Below, one piece after another: positions 27,034 to 37,223 of a DNA stretch of 64,000 nucleotides. The DNA comes from a virus. The notes below the pieces were generated by a model. That model was not told the origin of the DNA. It searched no databases and saw only the letters and a list, made by a program, of their open reading frames with translations. A program made the position numbers and the translations under genes. How positions within the stretch are numbered: position 1 is the first letter of the stretch; each line of letters starts with the position of its first letter. The stretch lies in the IMG/VR virus record IMGVR_UViG_3300028394_000002, positions 1 through 64,000 of that record; one strand, 5' to 3'.

Positions 27034-27960
27034 ATGGAAACAATAAATATAAATTTTTCTGGAGGAACAGAAACAATAGAACTTTTAGTTGGTAACTACT
27101 TAATTCAAGGATCTGGAACATTGTCATCAAATTTTACAATTACTGCAGGTTCTCCATTATTCATAGGTAGAAAACATATACTTTTCTTTAAAGGTAATGT
27201 AACAAGAGCTTCTTATAACTTTAATGTATTAGGTACTAATTTAACTGATTTACAATTAAGTAGAAAATCTACAATAGAAGCTGTTTATAATGGTACTACT
27301 TGGGATTTAAATGTATATATTAATACAGTTAGTGATGACTGGGTAGCTTCATCAATTGCTGGTACTTGGCAAAATATACCTTACGATAATGGAGATATTA
27401 TTAATGCTCCTTCAGCTTCAGGTACTTACACAAATACTGCTGGTACTGAAGGTACTAATTATTTAGGTCAATGGAGAGCTTACAAAGGTACTGCTACTGA
27501 TTATTCAGATGCAACACCTTCTGCTAGGAGGTTAAAATACAGAAAGAACTTAGATGGTACTGTACAAATTATGGGCCATTTAAGAAAACAATTTGCTGTA
27601 CCTTCAGCTACTACTAGTGTTAAACTAGATGATACTGATTACACTAATACAATTGTATCTCCTACACAAGCTGTAATTATGAGTACTGAAGTATTATGGT
27701 ACTATCAATTTGCTTCTTTAATAAGTGAACTAGGAACTAATTTAGTACAAATTATACCTTGTGACTTATATGTAGAAGATACTACTGCTGATAACAACGA
27801 TGTATTTTTTAGTAATGTTAAACCATGGGTAGGTAAAGGATCACTAATGGTTTTTGGTACATTTATGAGTTTATACTCAGCTGATACTATTACAGGATTA
27901 ACAGCTAGTAGAAACTATACATTATCAGTATTTATCAATGCTTCTTACATAGATTTATAA
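27034..27960 (+). CDS. Tail fibre-associated structural protein
   Basis: LKYRKNLDGTVQIMG fibre-tip-like motif. Confidence 0.6.
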   Translation: METININFSGGTETIELLVGNYLIQGSGTLSSNFTITAGSPLFIGRKHILFFKGNVTRASYNFNVLGTNLTDLQLSRKSTIEAVYNGTTWDLNVYINTVSDDWVASSIAGTWQNIPYDNGDIINAPSASGTYTNTAGTEGTNYLGQWRAYKGTATDYSDATPSARRLKYRKNLDGTVQIMGHLRKQFAVPSATTSVKLDDTDYTNTIVSPTQAVIMSTEVLWYYQFASLISELGTNLVQIIPCDLYVEDTTADNNDVFFSNVKPWVGKGSLMVFGTFMSLYSADTITGLTASRNYTLSVFINASYIDL

Positions 27961-27961
27961 C

Positions 27962-30900
27962 ATGCAAAGAATTAACTTCACAGAAACAACTTTAACTACA
28001 TTAACAAGGAATGCAAGATGCTCCTTTGCTAATGCTGTATACAAACTTACTATGAAGGCTCAACAAGGCCTTAAATGTGATGATTTGTTTAAGAAGTCTG
28101 TGCTTATGAATGAAGTTAATAAACTTCTTTGTAAGTATAAATTAGATACTTGTATATCTTTTCATCCCGCTTTAGAAGGTGGTGCTAGTTCTTGGTATTT
28201 TGGTATAGGAAGTTTTACTGGACTTATTACATACAATTTAATTATTGATGGAGTAGAAACTTTTATAGGTTCTGGGAGTTCTGTAGAAAATATTGTTATT
28301 GATATAAACAATAATACAGAAGGAACTGGAGTTACAGCAGTACTTGGAGAAGGTGGATATTTTACAATTTATAGTCCCGTAGGATGTTTTATTAAAGCTG
28401 ATTTAACAGGAAGTAAAGATCCAGAAGGATCAATTCCTGCAACAATTACAACCTTTACTAAAGGTAAATGCCCTCAAGAAGAAACTTGTGTAGATTATAC
28501 AGAAGAAGAATTAAACTGTATTACCCCGCAAGATTTACAATTAATATTTGAGTTTACTCATAGATATAAAGAAACTTTAGCTAAGTCTACTAGAAGAGTT
28601 ACAAGCCCTTTTACTAGTTCATCAAGTTCTAGTGCAAGTGATTGTTGTAATTGGGGAAGTATCGGAGGAAGTATAGGTAATCAATCTGATTTAGTAGCTT
28701 ACTTAAATACTATAAAAAAGAATTTTATATCTGCTTCTAACGAAAGTATTTTACTTAGTAATGATATAAAAAGTTTAAACTTCTTAGGAGCTGGTGTTAC
28801 TGCAACAAACTCTGGAGGTGATATTAGTATTACTATACCAGGTGGAGGTGGAGGCGGATTTGAATGTGCTGATTTAGAAGGTTGTAATATTAGTTTATTA
28901 ACTAATGATGCTGGTTATTTAACAGATATATCCGCAACTAATGGTTTAACTGAAGATCCTGCTAATAACTTTAAATTAGGAGGGACTTTAGTTGAAGATA
29001 CAACTATATATAATGACACATTTGATTTTACAGTATCTAGAAGTGACTCTGGAGATTCTATACTAGGATTAAATACTTCATCTGGAAGAGGAGTAGTAGG
29101 CTCTTCTGTAAACTCTCATGGAGTTGTAGGTTTATCTACTAACGGTAAAGGTGTTTCAGGTGTTTCAACAAATGGAGTAGGTGTTGATGCAAGTTCAGGG
29201 ACTTCAAGAGCAGGCCAATTTGGCATAAGCCCTGCTAGTAATAACTCAGTAGGTGAAAATATTATACTTTATAGAAATGTAGCTAGCAATGCCGCTGGAG
29301 CTAATGGAATAGGACAAAGTTTAATATTTGCATCAGCAGCTTCAGATGCTAATATGTACTATACTAATGCTTTAGTTTCAAAATGGACTGATGCTACATT
29401 AGCTACTAGAACATCAGAATTTAGTATAATAGGTTCAGATAATGGAGTATTAGGAGATAAATTAGTAATTTCAGGTTCAGGCCAATTAAAATTAAATGAA
29501 TACGGAACAGTAACTCCATTCACGGGCACGCCTGCGTATCTTTTAGGTGTTGATGCCTCAGGTAATGTTATTGAAACAACTGTTTCAGGTGGCTCACAAA
29601 CACTTGCAGATACACTAGCATTAGGTAATACATCTGGAGCATATGATATTCAATTTGATGCTACACAAGGCTTGCTATTTGCCAACACTTCAAGATTAAG
29701 AGAGGGAACAATTGATGCAGGGTTAGGAGGGCAAAAAGGTGTTGCTCAAATATGTGCGGTTGGTTATGAGTTGAAATGGGAAGCAGGGAGGTTGTATGTG
29801 ATGGATGGCAATGGTCTTTTTATTAGACAATCTTTGTATAACTTTAATATAGCACCAACGGTAACAGATGATGTTACTAAAGGTTATATGACTGGCTCAT
29901 TATGGACATTAGATGATAGCACTACTTACGTTTGTACTGATGCTGCAAATGGCATTTGGGTTGAGGTAGGACTTACAGCAGGTGTATTAGAGATAACAGT
30001 TGGATCGTTGCAAACATTAGAGAGCAATGGCGAATTATCGTTAACAACAATTTACATCATTACAGATTCTACACCTTACAAGTTAATGTGCAAGGCAGAG
30101 GCTGTAAATCAACTGAGCAAAACTGCAACGATTGTTGATAATGTTTATAGTGGTCAAGTGTATTATGATTTGCAGATTGATACCATTTCAAATGGTACAA
30201 TATACGATGTAAATAGAAATAATTATAACGGAGTGTTGCCTAGTGACCTAACAATAGGTTTTAGTTGTTCATATAATACGTTTTACCAAAAAGCAGATTC
30301 AAATACTATTGGTGCAAATTGCGAAAGAAATACATTTGAGCAAGGCGCAGCCGGAAATACACTTGGCTCAAGCAATTCAAATAATACATTTAAACAAAGA
30401 ACGAGCGGTTTTATTTTCGGTGACCACCTTGCAAACGTAACTATTGAAGCAAATGTTAGTGGTACTGATTACACAGCAACACCAGATTACGATTTTTTAT
30501 ACAATAATGCCTATGCATCAACAATATTTACCGATAGTATATACAACTATCATCGTTGGTATGACCCAGCAAACGATAGAATAGTTGTAACTAATTTATC
30601 TACATTAGATGAAACTTACATTGGAGGTAGTGGTGGAGTCTACGTTAAAGATGCAAATGATAATGTTTTTTTTAGTGATGCAGAGCAATCCACTACAACA
30701 TTTGTAGGTGTTTCTGCTTGTACTAATAATATATTTCATCAAGGTGCGATAAATAATAGTTTAGGTGAGTTGTCCAGAGGAAATACATTTGGTCAAGATT
30801 CCTATGGTTTTACTTTTGGAAATAAATTAAGAAACGTAACAATCGAAGCAAATATTATAGGGGCTGATTATAGCGACCAAATCACCTACGCATTTTTATA

Positions 30901-32200
30901 CAACAAAGACTATTCATCAACGATATTTCAAAGCGGAGGCATAAACTACCATCGTTATTTTGATATTGCAAATGATAGAATAGAAATTACTGATTTGGCT
31001 ACACCTATTAATATTACTTACATTGGTGGTGGTGCAGGTAGTGGTGATGTGGTTGGTCCAGCATCAGCAGTTGATAATAACATTGCAACATTCGATGGTA
31101 CAACTGGTAAGTTGATTCAAGATGGAGGCACTACTATTGCAGACATCAACACGAATGCTGTTGATAGGATAACAGTTAAGTTAGCTGAATCAATAACTAA
31201 AGGGCAAGCGGTGTATATTTCAAGTGCAAATGGCACGAATATTATTGTTTCTAAAGCATCGAATTTAACAGAAGCAACAAGCAGTAAAACATTAGGTTTG
31301 TTAGAAACAACTGGTTCAACAAATGCCATTGTAAATGTTGTTACAAGTGGTTTATTAGATGGGTTAAATACATCAGCAGCAACAATTGGTGATGCTGTTT
31401 GGTTAGGTACTGCTGGCAACTTAATATTTGGTTTAGCTTCTAAACCTTACGCACCTGCACATTTAGTTTACATTGGTGTTGTTTCAAGAGTAAGTGCAAC
31501 AGTTGGAGAAATTATAGTTAAGGTTCAAAACGGATTTGAATTAAAAGAAATTCACGATGTTTTTGCTCAATCACCAGCAGCTAAAGATGGTTTGTTTTAT
31601 GATTCAACAACATCATTATGGAAAGCAAGACCAGTAGCAGCAAGTGATATTGATGCTAATGTAAGCAATACAGAATTTGGCTATTTGGATGGCGTAACAA
31701 GCAGCATTCAAACGCAAATTAACGCAATTAAAAAGCCGATTTCATCAGTAGGCAATGGCACAGCGGTAACTGGTGTTATTGTAAATACTTACTCAAAAGG
31801 CTTGTTGATAGCTGCAAATTCAAGGGTGGCAAACGATGTTGTGCAAATAGATTTTCAAGTTGCTAAAACAGGTGCAGCAGGTAATATTCAATTGAGATTT
31901 TATTGGAATACAACAAACGATTTATCAGGTAGTCCAATATTATTAGGCACTTCGCCAAATGGAGCTGCTCTTTGGTTAGCATTTTCAAGATTATTATCTA
32001 TTGAAGTAGCCAATAGCACAGGCAATGCCACGAAAGTAGCACCAACATCAGTTACTACTTTAGCAACTGGTTATGGAACTTCTACTACGGCAACAAGTAC
32101 AGTTGCTATTGATTGGACAACAAATGGTTATTTGATTTGCTCAATATTAAATTCAAGTGCTGCCGATAGTTCAGTATGTAATATGTTAAAACTTTTATAA
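27962..32200 (+). CDS. Large mosaic tail fibre / receptor-binding protein
   Basis: 1412 aa; WGSIGGSIGNQSDL, ISLLTNDAGYLT, GDVVGPASAVDNNIATFDGTTGKLIQD and EFGYLDGVTSSIQTQIN fibre linkers; internal duplication. Confidence 0.8.
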   Translation: MQRINFTETTLTTLTRNARCSFANAVYKLTMKAQQGLKCDDLFKKSVLMNEVNKLLCKYKLDTCISFHPALEGGASSWYFGIGSFTGLITYNLIIDGVETFIGSGSSVENIVIDINNNTEGTGVTAVLGEGGYFTIYSPVGCFIKADLTGSKDPEGSIPATITTFTKGKCPQEETCVDYTEEELNCITPQDLQLIFEFTHRYKETLAKSTRRVTSPFTSSSSSSASDCCNWGSIGGSIGNQSDLVAYLNTIKKNFISASNESILLSNDIKSLNFLGAGVTATNSGGDISITIPGGGGGGFECADLEGCNISLLTNDAGYLTDISATNGLTEDPANNFKLGGTLVEDTTIYNDTFDFTVSRSDSGDSILGLNTSSGRGVVGSSVNSHGVVGLSTNGKGVSGVSTNGVGVDASSGTSRAGQFGISPASNNSVGENIILYRNVASNAAGANGIGQSLIFASAASDANMYYTNALVSKWTDATLATRTSEFSIIGSDNGVLGDKLVISGSGQLKLNEYGTVTPFTGTPAYLLGVDASGNVIETTVSGGSQTLADTLALGNTSGAYDIQFDATQGLLFANTSRLREGTIDAGLGGQKGVAQICAVGYELKWEAGRLYVMDGNGLFIRQSLYNFNIAPTVTDDVTKGYMTGSLWTLDDSTTYVCTDAANGIWVEVGLTAGVLEITVGSLQTLESNGELSLTTIYIITDSTPYKLMCKAEAVNQLSKTATIVDNVYSGQVYYDLQIDTISNGTIYDVNRNNYNGVLPSDLTIGFSCSYNTFYQKADSNTIGANCERNTFEQGAAGNTLGSSNSNNTFKQRTSGFIFGDHLANVTIEANVSGTDYTATPDYDFLYNNAYASTIFTDSIYNYHRWYDPANDRIVVTNLSTLDETYIGGSGGVYVKDANDNVFFSDAEQSTTTFVGVSACTNNIFHQGAINNSLGELSRGNTFGQDSYGFTFGNKLRNVTIEANIIGADYSDQITYAFLYNKDYSSTIFQSGGINYHRYFDIANDRIEITDLATPINITYIGGGAGSGDVVGPASAVDNNIATFDGTTGKLIQDGGTTIADINTNAVDRITVKLAESITKGQAVYISSANGTNIIVSKASNLTEATSSKTLGLLETTGSTNAIVNVVTSGLLDGLNTSAATIGDAVWLGTAGNLIFGLASKPYAPAHLVYIGVVSRVSATVGEIIVKVQNGFELKEIHDVFAQSPAAKDGLFYDSTTSLWKARPVAASDIDANVSNTEFGYLDGVTSSIQTQINAIKKPISSVGNGTAVTGVIVNTYSKGLLIAANSRVANDVVQIDFQVAKTGAAGNIQLRFYWNTTNDLSGSPILLGTSPNGAALWLAFSRLLSIEVANSTGNATKVAPTSVTTLATGYGTSTTATSTVAIDWTTNGYLICSILNSSAADSSVCNMLKLL

Positions 32201-32201
32201 A

Positions 32202-32372
32202 ATGATAATTAACGGATACGAAGTTACAAGCAACTTCTTTGATTATGTTGACCCAACCATGTGTCATTTGGAGCTGGATTACTGCATAAGATTAGTGCAT
32301 TTGTCGCAGACACCTTACCGCACAATAGAAGAGTTACAAACCGCCGTAGAGGCACTAATATTTCCTAAATAA
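32202..32372 (+). CDS. Small protein after fibre gene (56 aa; possible fibre chaperone)
   Basis: Manual translation MIINGYEVTSNFFDYVDPTMCHLELDYC...IFPK*; same shifted codon usage as the fibre 3' half. Confidence 0.6.
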   Translation: MIINGYEVTSNFFDYVDPTMCHLELDYCIRLVHLSQTPYRTIEELQTAVEALIFPK

Positions 32373-32375
32373 ATT

Positions 32376-32561
32376 ATGACAACAAAAAGTAAAACATCAG
32401 AATTTGCAGTAGCAGTATTATTTTTCTCTGGATTTGTTACAGGGTCTTTAGCAGAATACAGTAAAACAAATGGATTTGAATTACCATTTTTATTAGGCTA
32501 TGCTATTACATTAGGAACAGCTGTAGCTTGCTATATGTTTCTTAGAAAAGGTTACAAATAA
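32376..32561 (+). CDS. Small two-TM membrane protein
   Basis: Two hydrophobic helices. Confidence 0.65.
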   Translation: MTTKSKTSEFAVAVLFFSGFVTGSLAEYSKTNGFELPFLLGYAITLGTAVACYMFLRKGYK

Positions 32562-32770
32562 TGACCTCTAGTTTATTATTTCTTATTGCTGGATTAATTA
32601 TAGCAGTAATATTAGGTGCGTGGTTAGCTAGTAAACATTTAGAAAAATCAGTATATGAAACTTTTAAAAAATTGGGATATAAGGCATTGTATATTATTGC
32701 TTTGTTTAATATATTTGATACTGATTCTGACGAGTTGCATAAAGACGACAAATCAAATATCAAGAAGTAG
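32561..32770 (+). CDS. Small membrane protein
   Basis: TAATG coupling; N-terminal TM. Confidence 0.6.
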   Translation: MTSSLLFLIAGLIIAVILGAWLASKHLEKSVYETFKKLGYKALYIIALFNIFDTDSDELHKDDKSNIKK

Positions 32771-32796
32771 GTTTAAAAATATGACTAAATGTAAAT

Positions 32797-33297
32797 ATGG
32801 AAACACTTATTCTAATAATATTAAGCTGGATAGCTTACATAATACTGTCAGCAAGTAAAGGAATACTAGATGCTTATATATGGCATTATTGGTTAGAAAG
32901 CTGGTTTAAAAAAATCTTAAAAGAAAACAAAGCTATTGAACTAATGCAAAAAGATGGTAAGTATATACATATGGTAGGAGCTGTAGCTATAGCATCTCCA
33001 TTTATACTTATAGTTATTGCAGCTTTATTTGGTATAAATCCAATAGCTACATTGTTTTTAGGGATTAGCTTGTCTACAATAAACCCATTATTCCATTTAG
33101 GCTATATGTTTAAAACTAGAAATAAACTAAATCCTAAGACTTACATAGAAGGATTTAAATCAACTGACATTATTTCAGATGGTAATACAGATAAAAATAA
33201 AAAATTAACAAACAAATTATTTAGTACTTACAAAAAAAGAATTAACTTTGCAATCATAAGTGTTATATTTTTAATACTTGCCTTAATATTTAAATAA
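32797..33297 (+). CDS. Multi-TM membrane protein
   Basis: About 4 hydrophobic segments. Confidence 0.7.
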   Translation: METLILIILSWIAYIILSASKGILDAYIWHYWLESWFKKILKENKAIELMQKDGKYIHMVGAVAIASPFILIVIAALFGINPIATLFLGISLSTINPLFHLGYMFKTRNKLNPKTYIEGFKSTDIISDGNTDKNKKLTNKLFSTYKKRINFAIISVIFLILALIFK

Positions 33298-33300
33298 ATT

Positions 33301-33615
33301 ATGATACATTATTATCAAGAAGAATTAAACGCATTTGTAGAAAAAGCAGCAGAATTTTTTGGATTAACATCCGTTGGAATTTATGGGCAATTTATAGTAA
33401 TGCTTGGAACAATTAGTTTCCTAAATTTTGGAGAACATTCTAGTTTGTTTATAATAACACCAATAGAAAATTATCCATTTATGCAAACAGTATCATTTAT
33501 ATTTGGAATAGCGGCTAAATTCTTTACAACCTGTGTAGGTGCTATAGCTACAATAAAATTTGTATGTAGTATAATTAAAGGAGTTAAAAATAAATTTAAA
33601 AAGAAAGAAGACTAA
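33301..33615 (+). CDS. Putative holin
   Basis: TM segments, basic C-terminus, coupled to endolysin candidate. Confidence 0.55.
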   Translation: MIHYYQEELNAFVEKAAEFFGLTSVGIYGQFIVMLGTISFLNFGEHSSLFIITPIENYPFMQTVSFIFGIAAKFFTTCVGAIATIKFVCSIIKGVKNKFKKKED

Positions 33616-34001
33616 TGAACTTAAAGTTAAAAAGAGAAGATTTTACAGAAGATTCTACTATAGGTAAATTATACATCAATGATGTCTTCCATTGTTTTAC
33701 ATTAGAAGATAAAGTTAGGGACACAAAGATACAAAATATTACAGCTATACCAGCTGGTAAGTATGAGGTCATTATAAGTTATTCCAATAGGTTTAAACAA
33801 ATGATGCCACTATTACTTAATGTACCTAATTTCCAAGGAGTTAGAATTCATTGGGGTAATTACTCTAAGGATACAGAAGGTTGTATATTAGTAGGTAATA
33901 CTAAAAAGGTTGACTTTATTGGTAATTCTGTAGCTCAATATAAAAAATTATTTAGCCTCTTAAAAGGATGTAAAGAGAAAATATACTTAGAAATTATATG
34001 A
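33615..34001 (+). CDS. DUF5675-like putative endolysin
   Basis: STIGKLYI..CFTLED..TAIPAGKY..VRIHWGN..DTEGCILVG (H...C motif). Confidence 0.8.
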   Translation: MNLKLKREDFTEDSTIGKLYINDVFHCFTLEDKVRDTKIQNITAIPAGKYEVIISYSNRFKQMMPLLLNVPNFQGVRIHWGNYSKDTEGCILVGNTKKVDFIGNSVAQYKKLFSLLKGCKEKIYLEII

Positions 34002-34228
34002 GATATAAAAACTTAACTACTTACGAAAAATTTAAACTTTTAGGTTTAGTAATTAAAGCTGTATTTGGAACAATAGGAGGAGCTGTAATACTAGAACAAA
34101 ATCATCCTTACTTAGCTTTGATCATACTAGCATTAGGAGCTGGAGCCAATGAATGGGTATCCTTTTTAAAAGACAGAGAAATGACTAACATAACTAATAA
34201 AATAGAACATGAAACTACCTTCATATAA
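33998..34228 (+). CDS. Holin/antiholin-like two-TM protein
   Basis: Two TM helices, within lysis cassette. Confidence 0.55.
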   Translation: MRYKNLTTYEKFKLLGLVIKAVFGTIGGAVILEQNHPYLALIILALGAGANEWVSFLKDREMTNITNKIEHETTFI

Positions 34229-34766
34229 ACGACTTATAATTGTAATATATATATTACTAACACTTGTAGCTTTAGGTGCTTGTAATAGCTCTAAAAGGGC
34301 TACTAGACAGTTTTCTAAAGCTGTTAACAAGTTTGGACAGAAAGAATCTGCTAACTATGTAATAGCTAACTATCCTGAGTACTTTAAAACTGTAGCTAAA
34401 ATAGATACTATCTTTAGTGTAGACACTATTTATGTAGCTGAAAAAGATGGTGTTGTTACAGATCCAGTTATTATGCATGACACTATTTACATTAAAACTA
34501 AAGACTTTAGTGCTAATATAAATAAGACTACTGGTAAGGGTACATATAAGATACCTGCTGACACTGTTGTAAAACATGACACAATATCTTTTATGGTTAA
34601 AGTTCCTTGCCCTGATGCTGATTTAGTAGCTTTAAAATCTAGTAAGGAGTTTGTGTTAGAAGTAGCTAAAGCTAAACAAAACTCTAACTTCTATAAGTTA
34701 CTCAGTCTTGTATTAGGCTTATTAGCAGGTTTTTTAGGTTATGCGCATTATAGAAAGGATAAATAG
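34209..34766 (+). CDS. Lipoprotein with C-terminal TM, putative spanin
   Basis: Lipobox LGAC after signal peptide; C-terminal LLSLVLGLLAGFLGY. Confidence 0.65.
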   Translation: MKLPSYKRLIIVIYILLTLVALGACNSSKRATRQFSKAVNKFGQKESANYVIANYPEYFKTVAKIDTIFSVDTIYVAEKDGVVTDPVIMHDTIYIKTKDFSANINKTTGKGTYKIPADTVVKHDTISFMVKVPCPDADLVALKSSKEFVLEVAKAKQNSNFYKLLSLVLGLLAGFLGYAHYRKDK

Positions 34767-34843
34767 TTATTTAATTAATAACAATTAGATGTATTCAAAT
34801 ACCTCTCTTATACTATATATTAGATACTTATAACCATATTAAA

Positions 34844-35002
34844 ATGAAAGAAGAAGTAAAACAATCATTAGAATTAATTATAAGAGGTTTAGAATCTCTT
34901 AGACTAACTAGGGAAGAAAGGGCTATTTTTGATAATGCCTTTAAAATCTTAACAACAGAATTAACCACTTCAGTAGAAGTTACAGAAGAACAATCAGCTT
35001 AA
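34844..35002 (+). CDS. Small hypothetical protein (52 aa)
   Basis: Manual translation MKEEVKQSLELIIRGLESLRLTREERAIFDNAF...; followed by terminator. Confidence 0.65.
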   Translation: MKEEVKQSLELIIRGLESLRLTREERAIFDNAFKILTTELTTSVEVTEEQSA

Positions 35003-35033
35003 TCGTATTAAGTTTGTTATTAATCAACCTACT

Positions 35034-35063
35034 AGGCTCTTACTAAGGTAGGAGCCTTTTTTT
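35034..35063 (+). terminator. Intrinsic terminator
   Basis: AGGCTCTTAC-TAAG-GTAGGAGCCT followed by TTTTTT. Confidence 0.8.
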
Positions 35064-35073
35064 ATTTTATAAA

Positions 35074-35778
35074 ATGGCTACAACAACATCATTAAATCAT
35101 ATAACATATCTGATTCTTAATCAGCTTAGAGGTAGGTCTGTAATAACAGATACTATTACTACAGACCAGATAGAGCAGATTATAGTTAATTTAAGATCTC
35201 AACTTATTAAACAGGATGCTAATAAAGGCTACTCGGCTGACCCTTACATCATACAAGACCTAGGTTGTGTAGAATTGGAGGAAGTAGATGCTGGAGAATC
35301 TTGTATTATTGAGGCAGGTTGTACATTGCTAAGAAGTGTTAAACCTATTCCTAGTACTATCGAGCTTCACAACTCTCAACTCTTTACTAGAGTAGGGCCT
35401 ATAAACAAGGGGTTAGCTGGATATGATTTAGTTCAATATGAAAGAATTCCTTTTGTACTTAATAACAAGTACACTAAAGATAGAATTAGATACTATATGC
35501 AGAATACTAATGGTTATCTGTATCTTATAGTTCCTACTAATATACTACAAGTACTTAGATTTATCAATGTTCAAGGAGTATTTGAAGACCCTAGAGAAGC
35601 TTATAACTTTGAAGACTGTAGTGGAACACCTTGTTATACAGATGATTCACCATTTCCAGTTAAAAATTGGATGGTTAATACAATAGTTAAAATGACTGTA
35701 GAGCTATTCTTAAATCAAGAATCACAAACACCTTCAGATAATACTAATAACAATAGGAATGATTACAGCCAAAACTAA
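35074..35778 (+). CDS. Putative tail ring protein
   Basis: QDLGCVELEEVD, INVQGVFEDP, DDSPFPV motifs; synteny. Confidence 0.65.
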   Translation: MATTTSLNHITYLILNQLRGRSVITDTITTDQIEQIIVNLRSQLIKQDANKGYSADPYIIQDLGCVELEEVDAGESCIIEAGCTLLRSVKPIPSTIELHNSQLFTRVGPINKGLAGYDLVQYERIPFVLNNKYTKDRIRYYMQNTNGYLYLIVPTNILQVLRFINVQGVFEDPREAYNFEDCSGTPCYTDDSPFPVKNWMVNTIVKMTVELFLNQESQTPSDNTNNNRNDYSQN

Positions 35779-36358
35779 TTTAAGTAATACAGATCTAGGT
35801 ATTAAGGAGAGAGGTAAAAGTAAGTATCCTAATGATTATGCTATCGGTGACTACTATAAGTATTACAAAGATAACATAAGTACTAAGGAACTGCCTTTAG
35901 GTACTCCTGTTAGTAACTTATCTTATAATATCTCAGCTAAAAAGTATAGAGCTGTATTACTAGCTATCTTTAGAAAGGCTAGAGAGAAGATGATTTTAAA
36001 CAATTTAGAGTATATTTTACCTTGTAAGATGGGTAAAATAACTATATGTAAGTTTAAAAAGAAGATTAAATTAGATGAGGAAGGTAATCTAGTAGCAAGA
36101 TTAGCTGTTAATTACAGAGCTACAAGAGAATTATGGGCTACTGATGAGCAATCAAAACTAGCTAAAAAGATTATATTTCATTTAAACGATCACACAGAAG
36201 GTTACACTTTTAAGATTGCTTGGATTAAGAATAACTGTACAATGTACAAAAAGAAATTTTATAAACTAATACCTATTAGAGAGTTTAAGAGAGAGCTTCC
36301 TAAATTAATGGGTCAAAACCCTAATTTAGATTTTTATACTTTTAAAAATTCTGATTAA
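35759..36358 (+). CDS. HU/IHF-like protein of the tail module
   Basis: Basic; YILPCKMGKITICK HU-like arm; crAss-like synteny. Confidence 0.55.
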   Translation: MITAKTNLSNTDLGIKERGKSKYPNDYAIGDYYKYYKDNISTKELPLGTPVSNLSYNISAKKYRAVLLAIFRKAREKMILNNLEYILPCKMGKITICKFKKKIKLDEEGNLVARLAVNYRATRELWATDEQSKLAKKIIFHLNDHTEGYTFKIAWIKNNCTMYKKKFYKLIPIREFKRELPKLMGQNPNLDFYTFKNSD

Positions 36359-36371
36359 TAATATATACTAA

Positions 36372-37223
36372 ATGGCTTTAAACGGTAAACTCATCTCTGT
36401 TAAAGAGGTTGTTAATAATGTACTTAGAGATAATCAATACAAAACTCAAGACTTTGAGGTTGGTAGTATGATTGAATGGTCTGCTGAAGCCTGTGATTTA
36501 ATAGGTGTTCCTTATAATCTTATTAATGATTATGCTATAATCCCTATAGAAGACCATAAAGGGTTTATACCTTGTAATTTACACACACAATTACAAACTA
36601 TGACACTAACAACTAGTGGTGTAGTCTTGCCTATGCGTGAGAGTACTTCAACTACTAACCCTTTTAGTGTTAATAATGTAAATGACTATCCTTTAGTTAA
36701 TCCAGTAGACCCAGTAGGATTTGATGTTAATGGCAATCCTATTATGACTTTTAATAATTATGATAGCGCTATCTCAGCTGGATTAATAAACAACTTACCT
36801 TACTCTTTAAGAGATATTACATATAGCACAAGAGGTAATTATATCTTCACATCTTTTAAAGATGGTGCTAGTGTAGTTATGTTTTATAAAGCCTTTCCTA
36901 TAGATGAAGAAGGTTATCCACTTATACCTGATGATACTAGTTACAAAATAGCTGTTCAATCTTACATTAGAATGAAGTTAGACTTCCTTTTATGGAGAAA
37001 GAATATTATAGCTAGAGATGTATTTGAATATGCAGAAAGAGAGTGGATGTGGTATGTAGGCCAAGCTAAAACTAAAGCCTTAACTCCTACTTATGATATG
37101 ATGGAGTCATGGAAGAATAACTGGTTAACTTTAATGCCTAAGATTAATGAACAAGCTAGAAACTTTGAAGGTGTTGGACAATCTCAATATATTAACTTTG
37201 GTATGAAAAACTATAGATTCTAA
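36372..37223 (+). CDS. Tail tubular/ring protein
   Basis: YKAFPIDEEGYPLIPDD and WMWYVGQA motifs; directly upstream of muzzle gene. Confidence 0.7.
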   Translation: MALNGKLISVKEVVNNVLRDNQYKTQDFEVGSMIEWSAEACDLIGVPYNLINDYAIIPIEDHKGFIPCNLHTQLQTMTLTTSGVVLPMRESTSTTNPFSVNNVNDYPLVNPVDPVGFDVNGNPIMTFNNYDSAISAGLINNLPYSLRDITYSTRGNYIFTSFKDGASVVMFYKAFPIDEEGYPLIPDDTSYKIAVQSYIRMKLDFLLWRKNIIARDVFEYAEREWMWYVGQAKTKALTPTYDMMESWKNNWLTLMPKINEQARNFEGVGQSQYINFGMKNYRF

